Below are positions 1 to 10,681 of a stretch of DNA of 64,000 bases, in pieces. The number at the start of each line of letters is the position of its first letter. Within the stretch, counting starts at the first letter, position 1. The position numbers and the translations under genes are program-made. The notes beneath the pieces are model-generated. The model did no database searches. It was not told the DNA's origin and saw only the letters and a program-made list of their open reading frames with translations. The DNA lies in the NCBI RefSeq assembly GCF_006345805.1, contig NC_043002.1, positions 73,718,001 to 73,782,000 of the forward strand, read 5' to 3'. The DNA is from Octopus sinensis. Lineage: Eukaryota.

Positions 1-810
1 ATTTTTGTGCTATGCTGGCTAATAAAAGAAGCAAAGTTTTTGCAACAAGAATAGCTAACTTTCAGTGTTCTCCTATTAAATATTCTATAGAACTTATGGC
101 TAGATTGAAAATGCTTAGAACCTAATTTTAAGAATTCCCTTTAAGAATATTAGTTTTTACGGCCATATTAAATGTGGAGTTAAACAAAACTTTCCTAGTT
201 CTAGCTCTACATGGCCTGTTATTGCTAGAATTAACTTGACTATACTGGACTTTCTCTGAGAATCCACTTTTCCTTAATGCATTGTTGTAATATGGCACAG
301 CATTTTGAAATGCTGTCTCATCTGAAGAAATTGATGATATTCACCTTCCTACATACTAACTAGGTTCTTAAGAATTACGGGTAGATGATTAGATTCTTTG
401 CTAATATAACATATCTTTTCATTGGACTTATGGTAAGGTTTTAATTTATTTAATTGTAAATCTAAGTTGATATCTATAAAGATCTACGTTTTTAAGGTTA
501 CTTTCTATAATAATCCATAAGACTATTCTTTGAAAGAAAGTAATCAGATTCTTCCTAAGTTTATCTAACTCATGGCTGTTTAAATTATGGGTGACTATAA
601 GACCGTCATCCCTGTATAATCCCGCATTTATAAAAGGGAATTCTAGATGCAGATTATGCAAAATATAAGCTCCAATAAGCATACATAACTCTGCCCCATC
701 ATATGCCCCCATTAGTACATCGAAAAGAGAATCCTCACTCTTTTTGACCTAGGTAAAATCCTAGTTAAAAAAGAAGGGATATCTATTTCCAAGTTATTCA
801 TGGTGACATA
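1..810 (-). mobile_element. Penelope-like retroelement (PLE) reverse transcriptase remnant, frameshifted, running off the window start
   Basis: Minus-strand translation gives VKKSEDSLFDVLMGAYDGAE...GLYRDDGL (ORF 446..712). After frameshifts it continues KPYHKSNEKICYISKESNHLPVILKNL, SISSDETAFQNAVPYYNNALRKSG and IFNRRTLKVSYSC. These match the PLE RT/thumb motifs MGxxDGAE, YRDDGL, SNHPP and IFNRNTxKVSYSC. Confidence 0.85.
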
Positions 811-1172
811 CTACTATATTTGTACTTATGTAGATATACATGTAATTTTATGTGTGCATTTTTATGTGTTCGTTGCACAAGCTATATGAAGTATCTAATC
901 ATTGTTGGTTACTTTTGAGCATCATAATGTAGCATTCTCTGCCCCTATCTATTTTCCCCTTTCTCTCGTTAGCTTTCTGTTTCCCTTTCTTTTATTTTCT
1001 TTTTCTTCTTCTCCACTGTTTTCTCCCTCCTCCCCATACTAAATATTTTCTGATATTTTCCCCTTCTCTTACTTTCACCTGCAACAACTAACATGTATAA
1101 GCATATGCCAGGAGAATTTGTGTGCGTGCATGTGTGCATGCATACACACACACACACACATATATATATAAA

Positions 1173-1376
1173 GCACGCGGGCGGAATGCTTAGCGGTATT
1201 TCGTCTGTTGTTACGTTCTGAGTTCAAATTCTGCCGAGGTCGACTTTGCCTTTCATCCTTTCGGGGTCGATAAATAAAGTACCAGTTTCACACTGGGGTT
1301 GATGTAATCGACTTAATCCATTTGTCTGTCCTCGTTTGTCCCCTCTATGTTTAGCCCCTTGTGGGCTGTAAAGAAA
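1173..1376 (+). mobile_element. tRNA-derived SINE, family B
   Basis: B-box-like GAGTTCAAATTC followed by the core GACTTTGCCTTTCATCCTTTCGGGGTCGATAAA-AAGTACCAG. The same core recurs at ~8055, 16355, 46121, 47969 and 48828. Confidence 0.8.
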
Positions 1377-1404
1377 TATATATATATATGCGTTTATATA
1401 TATG

Positions 1405-1541
1405 TAACTCGGCAAAAGAGACCGATAGAATAAGTACTGGGCTTACAAAGAATAAGTCCCGGGGTCGATTTGCTCGACTAAAGGCGGTGCTCCAGCATGG
1501 CCACAGTCAAATGACTGAAACAAGTAAAAGAGTAAAAGAGA
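1405..1541 (+). mobile_element. 3' half of tRNA-derived SINE, family A
   Basis: GGCAAAAGAGACCGATAGAATAAGTAC...GGTGCTCCAGCATGGCCACAGTCAAATGACTGAAACAAGTAAAAGAG is near-identical to the 3' ends of the copies at 8848, 19575 and 23539. Confidence 0.8.
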
Positions 1542-1850
1542 GAGTATGCGTCTGTATGTGCAGTGTATATATGTATATTATAGATGGTTTGGAATGTGCA
1601 TATACTGCTAAATGTATATGTAATCCAGGGTGAAAATTTTTTTTAAACGGATATAACTTTGAATGTATTAATTGACTAATATTTTACAAATAATTATTTA
1701 CCCTGGGTATTTAGGCTCTGTCCTTCTTCATAAACTATTTTTGATTAAAGGTTTTCTTCAATTTTATAATAATAAGATTTTTATACAGAAATATGTTCAT
1801 TGCATGCAACAGTCATGGTAAAGACCGTTATTTGAAAATGGAACAAGACC

Positions 1851-1915
1851 CTCTGGTATTCGAGTACAATTTTTTCCACTTTGTTTCGCATTTATTTGCT
1901 TACTCTGGTATATAC
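1851..1915 (+). repeat. Isolated tail segment of the hammerhead-bearing palindromic element
   Basis: CTCTGGTATTCGAGTAC..TTTTCCAC.TTGTTTCGCATTTAT.TGCTTACTCTGGTATATA matches 3113..3180 and 19414..19476. All three copies end in (TA)n. Confidence 0.7.
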
Positions 1916-2072
1916 AAAGATATACATACATATATATATATATATATAAAGATATACATATATATAAAGATATACATATATACATAAATATATACATATA
2001 TAATATATATATATATATATATATACATATATAAAGATATACATATATATATAAAGATATACATACATACCC

Positions 2073-2103
<31 letters not shown>

Positions 2104-2226
2104 CATATATAAAGATATACATATATTATAAAGATATACATACATACCATATATACAATATATATATATATATATATATACATATATAAAGATATACATA
2201 TATTATAAAGATATACATACATACCC

Positions 2227-2300
<74 letters not shown>

Positions 2301-2360
2301 TGTGTGTGTGTGTGTGTGTACGTGTGTGTGTGTACATATATATAATATATACATATATAT
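1908..2360. repeat. Compound (TA)n/(TG)n satellite with a recurring AAAGATATACATA motif and ~77-78 bp higher-order period
   Basis: The AAAGATATAC motif is seen about nine times; equivalent positions at 2033, 2111 and 2188. It accounts for the YIYI-type pseudo-ORFs. Confidence 0.9.
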
Positions 2361-2595
2361 CAAGATTAATCAGCCGAAATTACTACGATGATCCGGTTCT
2401 TGACTGAAGACTGAGGGCTTCGAATGTCCTGTTTGTTGTATCGTCTTCTAAGTGTTATGCGTTCTTGTCCCAGTTTGTATTTTTCTACATATCATAATAT
2501 ATATTCCTGGCGCCACGTACCCTTCTTAACACTTATGTGAGCACTTATTCTTATAAAGATATACATATATATATAAAGATATACATATATATAAA

Positions 2596-2912
2596 TTGTT
2601 GTTGTGACCCCCTTCAGGCATGAATGATTGTGGAATTGCACCTAGAAAGTTACTCTCTGAGGCACAAGTCTGGGCAAGGTTGTTTATGGAAGACCAGCAG
2701 TCGCCCATGCATACCGGCCTCCCCTCTCTACCGATGTTATCCAAGGGAAAGGCAAAGGCCGATACAGCTTGGCACCAGTGATGTCGCAGCTCATTTATTA
2801 ACGTGCAAGTGCCTGAGCACTCCACAGACACGTGTATCCTTAACGTAGTTCTCGGGGAGATTCAACATGACTCAGAGTGTGACAAGGCTGGCCCTTTGGA
2901 ATACAGTTACAA
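2596..2912 (-). mobile_element. SINE-like/retroposon fragment (unclassified)
   Basis: GC-richer 320 bp block within the TA satellite, with no credible ORF. The minus strand ends CTGCTGGTCTTCCATAAACAACCTTGCCC...AACTTTCTAGGTGCAATTCC...CACAACAAC, which resembles a retroposon 3' tail. No second copy in the window. Confidence 0.45.
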
Positions 2913-2987
2913 CAGAAACAGGAAGAAAGGACGAGAGAAAGTTGTGGTGAAAGAGTACAGCAGAGTTCAAATGCATGTATGTATATA

Positions 2988-3180
2988 CTTTATTAATAAA
3001 GCTGCAAAGACATCACAAAAGCTGTTACTCAGAGTTTTACGTTCCTGTTCGTCGGACAGTTTTGGTTTAAAATGCGATGTCCTTGCAGCTTTATTAATAG
3101 AGCATATTACTCTACCTCCGGTATTCGAGTACTATTTTTTCCACCTTTTTTCGCATTTATATGCTTATTCTGGTTATATA
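2988..3180. mobile_element. Palindromic repeat element carrying a degenerate type I hammerhead ribozyme (likely PLE pseudo-LTR derivative)
   Basis: Inverted arms at 2988..3014 and 3076..3102 match 25/27. The minus strand 3062..3018 reads AAA CUGU CCGACGA ACA-GGAA-CGU AAAA CUCUGAG UA ACAG C UUU. A second copy lies at 19306..19476. Confidence 0.6.
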
Positions 3181-3533
3181 TATACTAGCAATAATAGCAG
3201 GCGTTGCACGGGTCACACACACACATACATACATATATATGACAAGAAATAATTTTAGCCTCTTTTTATGGAGACAAAAGTGTTTATAGGATTGCAAAAA
3301 AAAAAACAAAAAAACTGCTCAAATGAAATTGAGACAGAGACAAAAAAAAAAAAACAACATTGATTAGAGAACAAATATCAAATGCTAGTCAAAACTTGAT
3401 AGTATTGTCTGTTTAAAGAAAGCTAAATACAAAAGAAAGGTAATTATTATAAATATTTACAAAATACTTGCCGCTACAGTGATGCTTGTAAATATTTATG
3501 TCGTCAAGACCTTTTTCCATTTCAGACAGTATT

Positions 3534-3567
<34 letters not shown>

Positions 3568-3954
3568 GATAGAGAACATATAGACGTTGCTGGAAGAAAA
3601 AAGAAACAAGTCTGTGTGTATGCCGTTAATGTAATCCTGTGTAATTTTGTACTTGGTACGGCTACGTATAGACATACAAACTAACTAACGTACACACACA
3701 CAAATATACTCATTTGTTTTTGAAGTTTATGCTCCGTTCGATTAAATATACTCATCCACGTCCTATGGAGAATGAATCCGGCAGAAGGCGATGGTTAGCC
3801 AGAGAGAGTCAAAGGCGAAGAACAGTCAGTCTCATTCAGGAAGAACTGAACGCAAGAAGATTAAACAATACATTAAGGTTATTATTTTCCGTATCATTTT
3901 CATGCCATCATTTCTGATGGCACAGGTACACTAGTATATACACATACATTATAA

Positions 3955-4147
3955 ATAGGTGACCGGTAATAAAGTCACAGGGAAAAGTCACAGTAATAAA
4001 GTCACAATTTTGGCTAGGAATAAAGTCAGAATTAATTTGTGGTGGCCGGTAATAAAGTCACAATTAATTTATGGGATCCGGACAAAACCCCTGTGACTTA
4101 ATTACCGTGACTGTTTTTCCTGTGACTTTTTCTACCTGGATTCTATA
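3955..4147. mobile_element. MITE-like element with subterminal AAAGTCAC repeats
   Basis: Five AAAGTCA(C) repeats on the left and three inverted GTGACT repeats on the right; the imperfect inverted ends are bounded by TATA. Confidence 0.6.
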
Positions 4148-4193
4148 AATAAATATATATACAATGAATAAATATACACATAATTAAAATTTA

Positions 4194-5207
4194 TTAACAG
4201 GTTTTAGTGATGAACGGATGAGATTGGCTAATGTTCTTGAAGAGTAGGGTCTCCTTTATTATTCCAGAATGCTTGTCAATGGTGCGGGAAACAAACGGCC
4301 ACATAAAGTGTACTTGGGTGCATGGAACCGACTTCTTCCAATAAGCATTAGCTACTGACTCTGTTTTGTGTCTGAAAGAGTTTCCAGAGCACATACGAAC
4401 ATCATACCAAAATGTTAGGAACAAATATGGATTACAAGGCGATTCAAGCATAGCCCCTTCGAACGGTCGAAGTTTTAATGGGAAAATATTTTTCTTGATA
4501 AATTTATATCTAGGCTTACCGTATGTGAAGTCAAAGATCGATGTCTCATTTTCTCCAAAGAAAAATATATCAATGTAAGGCCAACGGAATTCTTGATTTT
4601 TCAAAGTTTTAACATCTCTGAAGAAAAATTTCCATTGAAATGTCCTTGGATTGGACACTTGAAAGCCAGGCACTGACTGTGATACAGTGTAAAATGTGTC
4701 CCTTTGAGAATAATTCATAAAAATATCAATGTCATCGTCCCACGGAATGATACCATGATGGCGATAAGATCCTAAAAGTGAACCGCCGTACAAGAAAAAT
4801 ACAATATTGTGACGCCGACAAATATCAATAAAAGATTGAAAGACATACAAAAGGAGCTTCTTCTCTGTAGGGCTAATGGTGCTTTGGTAAATAATAGCCA
4901 AGGATTCGTTTCCTGTCACTGATAAATGGGCAGTTTCGTTGATAGCAATGCCGATATTAGTGTCATTAAAGCGAAAACTTCCAACAAGATCGGGAAACGT
5001 GTCTTTATCGTAGTTTCTTTCGGCGATGACATAATTATTCATAATTACACGAAACTTCCTTTGTTTGTCTGGGTTAAACTGCCAAAGTGTATTGCTGACG
5101 AAGAAAAATATAATTATGAAAATTCCAATCGCCAAAATCAATTTCTTTGGCTGTAGCGGGTTTTTTAATCTATATGCTTTACGGCTCAAAATACATAACT
5201 GCGACAT
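4194..5207 (-). CDS. LicD/fukutin-family nucleotidyltransferase-fold protein, type II membrane, intronless, 337 aa
   Basis: Uninterrupted ORF from the first ATG at 5207 (MSQLCILSRK...). Basic N-terminus followed by the hydrophobic anchor LILAIGIFIIIFFFVSNTLW. LicD signature FLYGGSLLGSYRHHGIIPWDDDIDIFM and downstream WPYIDIF. Six N-glycosylation sequons. Confidence 0.9.
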   Translation of the reverse strand: MSQLCILSRKAYRLKNPLQPKKLILAIGIFIIIFFFVSNTLWQFNPDKQRKFRVIMNNYVIAERNYDKDTFPDLVGSFRFNDTNIGIAINETAHLSVTGNESLAIIYQSTISPTEKKLLLYVFQSFIDICRRHNIVFFLYGGSLLGSYRHHGIIPWDDDIDIFMNYSQRDTFYTVSQSVPGFQVSNPRTFQWKFFFRDVKTLKNQEFRWPYIDIFFFGENETSIFDFTYGKPRYKFIKKNIFPLKLRPFEGAMLESPCNPYLFLTFWYDVRMCSGNSFRHKTESVANAYWKKSVPCTQVHFMWPFVSRTIDKHSGIIKETLLFKNISQSHPFITKTC

Positions 5208-5689
5208 TTTCCGTTCTCTCCTCACTCTCAAACTCCGTTTCTCTTTTTATCTATATTTTGTTCTGATCCTTTTTCTTGCTTCTTTTTCTCCCTTTATCTT
5301 CCACCTTATTTTCTCATAAATTACACCAAAATTTAACCAAAACTTCAAAGAAAATGTTAGGCTTTTTCTGAGTTTTGAACTGGAAAAGAAAGGTGTAATT
5401 TTTAATGTTTTAGTGTTTGTGGTTTTCTATTTGCGACCGACAGCGTTTCAAAGACAAAACGTGAATTCCACTAAAGAAAAGGTAAAGGATGGGGGTATAT
5501 TCAAGATATTTATTGTGACACATGTTGCCCCATTACTGGCTTCTCTTAACGTAGATGTCTATATTAATATATAAATATTATATATTCTTGCGTACAAACA
5601 AGATTATAGATAAATATTTTGTAATGTGACATTTTGTTTTGTGTTTTATTTTGAAGTTTTATAGTTTACTACAACTATCATCACTTACA

Positions 5690-6125
5690 ATTGCTACCAC
5701 CACTATAACTACTACCACTACTCCTATCACTACCACTGCTACCATCACCACTATAACTACTACTACCATCATTACTTATATCACTACTACTACCATCACC
5801 ACCACCGTTACTACTACCAGTTCCACTACCACCACTACTGGTACCACTACGATTACCATCATTACTTCTATCACTACAACTACCATCACCACTCCTACTA
5901 GTACCACTACCACTACTACCAGGACTACGAATACAACTACTACTACTACTACCAGGACTACGAATACAACTACTACTACCACTACCAGTACCACGACTAC
6001 GAATACAACTACTACTACTACTACTACCACCATAACCACTACTACTACAACTCTACCATCACCACCACCACCATTACTGTTACTACTCTACCACCACCAT
6101 CAATGCTACTCACATCACCACCAGA
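5690..6125. repeat. Compound (ACT/ACC)n trinucleotide microsatellite with an embedded GACTACGAATACAACTAC repeat x3
   Basis: Read directly from the sequence; it produces the poly-Thr (+) and poly-Val (-) pseudo-ORFs. Confidence 0.9.
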
Positions 6126-7289
6126 GATGAGTTGTGCTGCTGCAAGTTACCCTGAAACAAACTAAAGGAAGTTACCTTTTGTTTTCAAATTTATATATAT
6201 TTTGGGAACTTAGTTTGTTACCCTGATATAAATCTGATTGCCATGTTACAGCAATTATTGTTATATAAGTTAGTATCCTGGTTTTCCATTACTATATCAT
6301 TAAGTATAGCAATAGCAAGTGGTTCAGAAAGTACAAATGTAGTAAGAATTTAACCTTTTTTGACAGAAAAGATGGGCCTGTTTTGACAGTTCTGAGTAGT
6401 AGCTTTTTCACGTGTCACAATTTTATTATGATCTTTTACCTAGAGCTGGAAGCTATATTACAAGAGGCTTTTAAAAGAAACATCAACTATTGATGTGATG
6501 ATAGAGGGTAATGGCCTACCTAGAGTGTATACTCTCTGGAGCAGCTCTTAAGTTTGGCCCCCACCAACAGGTAATACAACTTATACAAGAGACCCAAAAG
6601 TGTCGTCCCCATAGAGGAATCACTGGGGGTGGACCATACCATTACCCTACTGACAGGGAGAAATGATATTGACTTGTTTCTTTAATAGCACAAATTAATA
6701 TTGCATTGTTGCAGTTAAGAACCCTGCAATGAGAGAGAAGGATGGGAAAGCTGTTCAATGAGACCAAGTGGTGATAGCGCAATGGGGAAGCTAAAACCAT
6801 GAATGCTTTAGTGACACAACTCAAGTGTGTACTGGTTGGAGAAGTCCTTGAGATTGGCCACCATCACCACAACCACCACCTATACAGGCTTACACAGCAG
6901 ACCCCAAAGTGATGTGCCATAAAGGTGTTGCCTGGAGCAGACTGCTATCCTTGCCTCCACCCCACATGCTACTCCACTGGAATGCTTCCAACCCCTACTC
7001 CTGCTCCATGCTAAGCAATCGAAGCAAGAAGTTTGTAGTCATGACTATTAGTTTTATAGCCATCCAGTAAAGGGATGTGTGCCAGCTGACTAGAGGATCT
7101 AATCTTTCTGAAGGTATCTGTCATGTGAGAATGGTCGTATGGTGTCCAAACTATAGCAGGTATGTTGTATTTTTCATTGACATTTTGAAAATCTCTTTGT
7201 AAATATTGCAATCTTAAAACCTGATTTGATTTCCATGTCTTTCAGCAATATTCACTAAAACAGATTGGATAGTGTTGCCAACAAACATG

Positions 7290-7620
7290 GAACTAGAATT
7301 ATTCATTTTAATTTGGTTGATATGTACAACTTGCATCTGATTGGGTGCATTTCCAAAAGTACAAGTCTATGGGTGATTGCATTAAAGGTTGGGAACAAGA
7401 GTATCACAACAGAAAATGGTGGGCCCTAAATTCTGCTAAGCAAACAATAATTTTGAGCAAGGTTCTCTAACACATTGACATTTGTTTTGGCAGCACTTGT
7501 TCTGCACGATTCCAACAGCCTATTCAAGACAATTTCTACTTCATATGGTCTACAGTTTATGCTCTAATCAGTTTATCCGTAACCACTGACTGTTCTAGAT
7601 GTTGTTGGCTTCGGGTCTTT
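7290..7620 (-). pseudogene. Possible highly decayed Gypsy-type integrase C-terminal (GPY/F) fragment
   Basis: Broken minus-strand frames give TRSQQHLEQS, RPYEVE, GPPFSVV and QVVHINQIK. These appear in the order expected for the RxYxVGD...GPF/Y.V...VH.NxLK tail, but with many stops and frameshifts. Confidence 0.3.
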
Positions 7621-8054
7621 AATCATTATTGTATACATCTGCTTGATTATCAGAGTAAACACCTTTCCACATATCAGAACCTGTAAGCCTCATGCACTAG
7701 AATAGCTTCTGTACATATTGTCTTTGTCCTCTTAAGTCTTTACTGCAATGATCAGATTTACTTAAGAGAATCCCATTTGAATTGAGGCACAGGAAAGAAG
7801 TCACTGTCTGAGGTAACTAAGATAGTCGGCATCAATCTGCAGGAAAGTAGAGGATAAGGAAGACTAAAATTAATCATGTTAAATCAGAGTTCTCTCAGTT
7901 TGGCCTGGAGAGTCAAATCTTGACTTTTTATTAGTGTACAGTCAGATGCTATAAATATCATGATATTTTTAGGATATAAGTGCTTTATCTATGCAACAGA
8001 TAAATAAAATACAAGTGAAATTAGTGGGATATTAAGCAACAACCAGAAATGGTA

Positions 8055-8250
8055 ATGGTTCCAAATTTTGGCACAAGGCCAGTAATTTCAGGCAAGGTGT
8101 AAAGTCGATGACATCATTCTCAATGCTCAACAAGTACTTATTTTATCGACCTGAAAGGATGAAAGGCAAAGTCAGCCACAAAGGAATTTGAACTCAGAAC
8201 GTAAAGATGAAATTCTGCTAAGCATTTTCCTGGCGTGCTAACAATTCTGT
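8055..8250 (-). mobile_element. SINE family B
   Basis: Reverse complement of the family B core (GTACTTATTTTATCGACCTGAAAGGATGAAAGGCAAAGTC...GAATTTGAACTCAGAAC). Confidence 0.8.
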
Positions 8251-8847
8251 TTGCTGCCTTACAACTGGAAATCATATTAAGGATAATTTGTTTAGTCTTG
8301 CAAAAGAAAATGGAAGCTCAATACACTAGCATTGTTTACTTTAATTCTATATTAAGATTTAGAAAGCTACATCCAGTGAGTTGACTTCTATGCACCTCAG
8401 CTAATATAATGAAGTTCAAACCGAAAGGCTTATGCTTTTAAAAAAATACGTTCATCTTTGCTTTCAGCGGATCTTCATCTCAATTTAACCACAGTTTGAT
8501 ACTTTTCCACAGATTTACTTGCAAATGAAGATATAGTATTTTAAATGTTAGTACATTTGTTTTCTTTCAAACATTTAAAATTAGTTGAAGAGCCAGGACT
8601 TTCTTTCTCACCATGTCACCAATGAAGGTTAAGGCTATCCCACTCATGTAGCATAGCTAGGAGTGATAGTGGTAATGGTGATCTGCCCATGCAATGCTGT
8701 TAGACAGGGAACTCTTTGGAGTCTGTTGCACAAGCCTGTATAGGGGTGGGAGTGGAGAACAAACCCAAAGGCTGCTTTGGGTAACACACACGTTAACTAC
8801 ACCACTGCCTCCCTACTCACTGACTAAATCTGCTAAAAAAAAAAGAG

Positions 8848-9221
8848 AGGAGTGGCTGTGAGGTAAGTAGCTTGCTTACCAACCACATGATTCTGGGTTC
8901 AGTCCCACTGTGTGGCATCTTGGGCAAGTGTTTTCTACTATAGCCTTGGGCCGACCAAAGCCTTGTGAGTGGATCTGGTAGACGGAAACTGAAAGAACCC
9001 CATTGTATATATGTATATATATATATGTGTCTGTGTTTGTCTCCCTAGCATTGCTTGACAACTGATACTGGTATGTTTATGTCCCCGCCACCTAGCGGTT
9101 CAGCAAAAGAGACCGATAGAATAAGTACTGGGCTTACAAAGAATAAGTCCTGAGGTCAATTTGCTTGACTAAAGGCGGTGCTCCAGCATGGCCGCAGTCA
9201 AATGACTGAAACAAGCAAAAG
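8848..9221 (+). mobile_element. Full-length tRNA-derived SINE, family A
   Basis: A-box-like TGGCTGTGAGGTAAG, B-box-like GGTTCAGTCCC, a central (TA)n/(TG)n spacer and the conserved 3' end. Other copies are present in the window. Confidence 0.85.
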
Positions 9222-10681
9222 TGTAATTAGTGAATAAAGTCCAATCCATTGACAAGAAAGCAGCCTCAATTTCAAATTTTCACTAATAGGGAACAGCCAT
9301 TAGACTTTGCCATATAGCATTGGATCCTCAACCATTGTTTTCAACAGCTGCAGGAAACATAAGTAAATGTATTTTTCAGATCTGGGCCACTGAGGTCAAC
9401 TTTGTAAATACCAAGGTGAAAAATTTGAGTCAATGATTCATACGAAAATATTTCTATTATCAGACTATGATTATACTAATATGCAGTCTTTGAAGAATTC
9501 TCAGAAATATTTTTATCAATTGCTCCGAATCAATAGAAAAACTATCAATGTTGAATATGCTTAGGCCTATAAAGCAACCTTTAATTTAGCACCAATTCCT
9601 GGCAATTTTCCCTAGTTCCAATCAAAATGACAAATAATGTATTCATTATTCAGAATCTGTAAAAAAAAATTTGTTGCATTATTTAAAAATATATAACTTG
9701 TGAAAACTGACCAAATAAATAAGAAAGAAAGAAAGGAGAGACAGACAGACAGAAAGAAAGGAACAACTTGTTCCTTATGTCAGCCAAATTATCATATACC
9801 ACTAGATTATATTTAAGTAGGTCTGATTAGCATGAAGTGAGAACAGCCCATTGTGTTCAGAGGAGAGAAGGATGGAATTGATTATTGCTGGTAACAATCT
9901 CCAGTGGTTCTGTGGTTCAACCAGGCTGATTTGGATCTTCTCTTTCTTCTCACAAAATGTTTACCTTTTATGAAAGAAGTATCAAAGTAGGAAGAAAAAA
10001 AAATTGAAAAATGAGAAACAGAAAAAAAAGTTGGGAATATTCAGAAATTTAAACTAGATAACTATCACTATCTTCTCAAATTAATAACAGTGCTAGATGT
10101 CTTGATTTTGCTTTAAAGAATTCAATTGACCATATTTGTTGGGGTGAAAGACAGGCATCATTATTCATGGCTAAGTTGTGATTTTAGCCCCTGAAGATCA
10201 AGTGAAAGCACAAAAGCACAGAAAAATGATTTTTGTTTTTTTAAGTGACACTCTTTCAATTAGAACTTCACAATATAAGCTTGGATGCATGGCAGTTACC
10301 TCATTGGTCTTATCTTGTGAGGTAAACATAATTAAGGCCTTATTGCTTCGATGTTAATATCAATGTGGAGTATAGCATTCAACCATCCACAAAGACTTCA
10401 TTGATATTTCCAATGTTATTGCTCTTAAAGCACCATTTGAAAGATTTGGGGCTATAGGTGTAAACTTTCATGTGTTTTGGTAAGTTTTTTCTCAATGACT
10501 AAAAAAAAAGTAACATTCCAGTAGTGAAGTTAAATATACATTGAAATAAAGTTATCAAAAGAGAACCTAATCTGAAGTTGTATCTGATCCTATCGCATCC
10601 CTGACAGTATCCAGTTTCATCAGCATAGAGATACTTATTTCAGATGTGTTCTGGTGGACAAGAAAAATAACACAGCAGAAA

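Noticed and set aside
1797-2363. Long YIYI/VCVC-rich ORFs here and at 17287..18029, 31486..31794, 35418..35757 and 38717..38911
   Set aside because: These are translations of (TA)n/(TG)n microsatellites, which lack stop codons by construction.
2395-2450. CTGAAGA...CGAAT motif as another hammerhead
   Set aside because: I could not build stems I-III around it, and GAAA is not intact.
5208-5231. N-terminal extension MRVRRERK of the LicD ORF in the supplied track
   Set aside because: It starts at TTG, not ATG. The first ATG is at 5207, directly before the basic/TM segment.
5639-6130. Mucin-like poly-Thr ORF (+) and poly-Val ORF (-)
   Set aside because: Trinucleotide repeat with a non-ATG start, no convincing splice sites and no recognisable domain.
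7011-7211. 66-aa ORF as a possible exon of a host gene
   Set aside because: No recognisable domain, no clear acceptor, and embedded in a decayed coding-like block.
8848-8930. tRNA genes at the SINE heads (A/B boxes here and at 47969)
   Set aside because: No complete cloverleaf, and they are attached to SINE bodies, so they are tRNA-derived retroposon heads.
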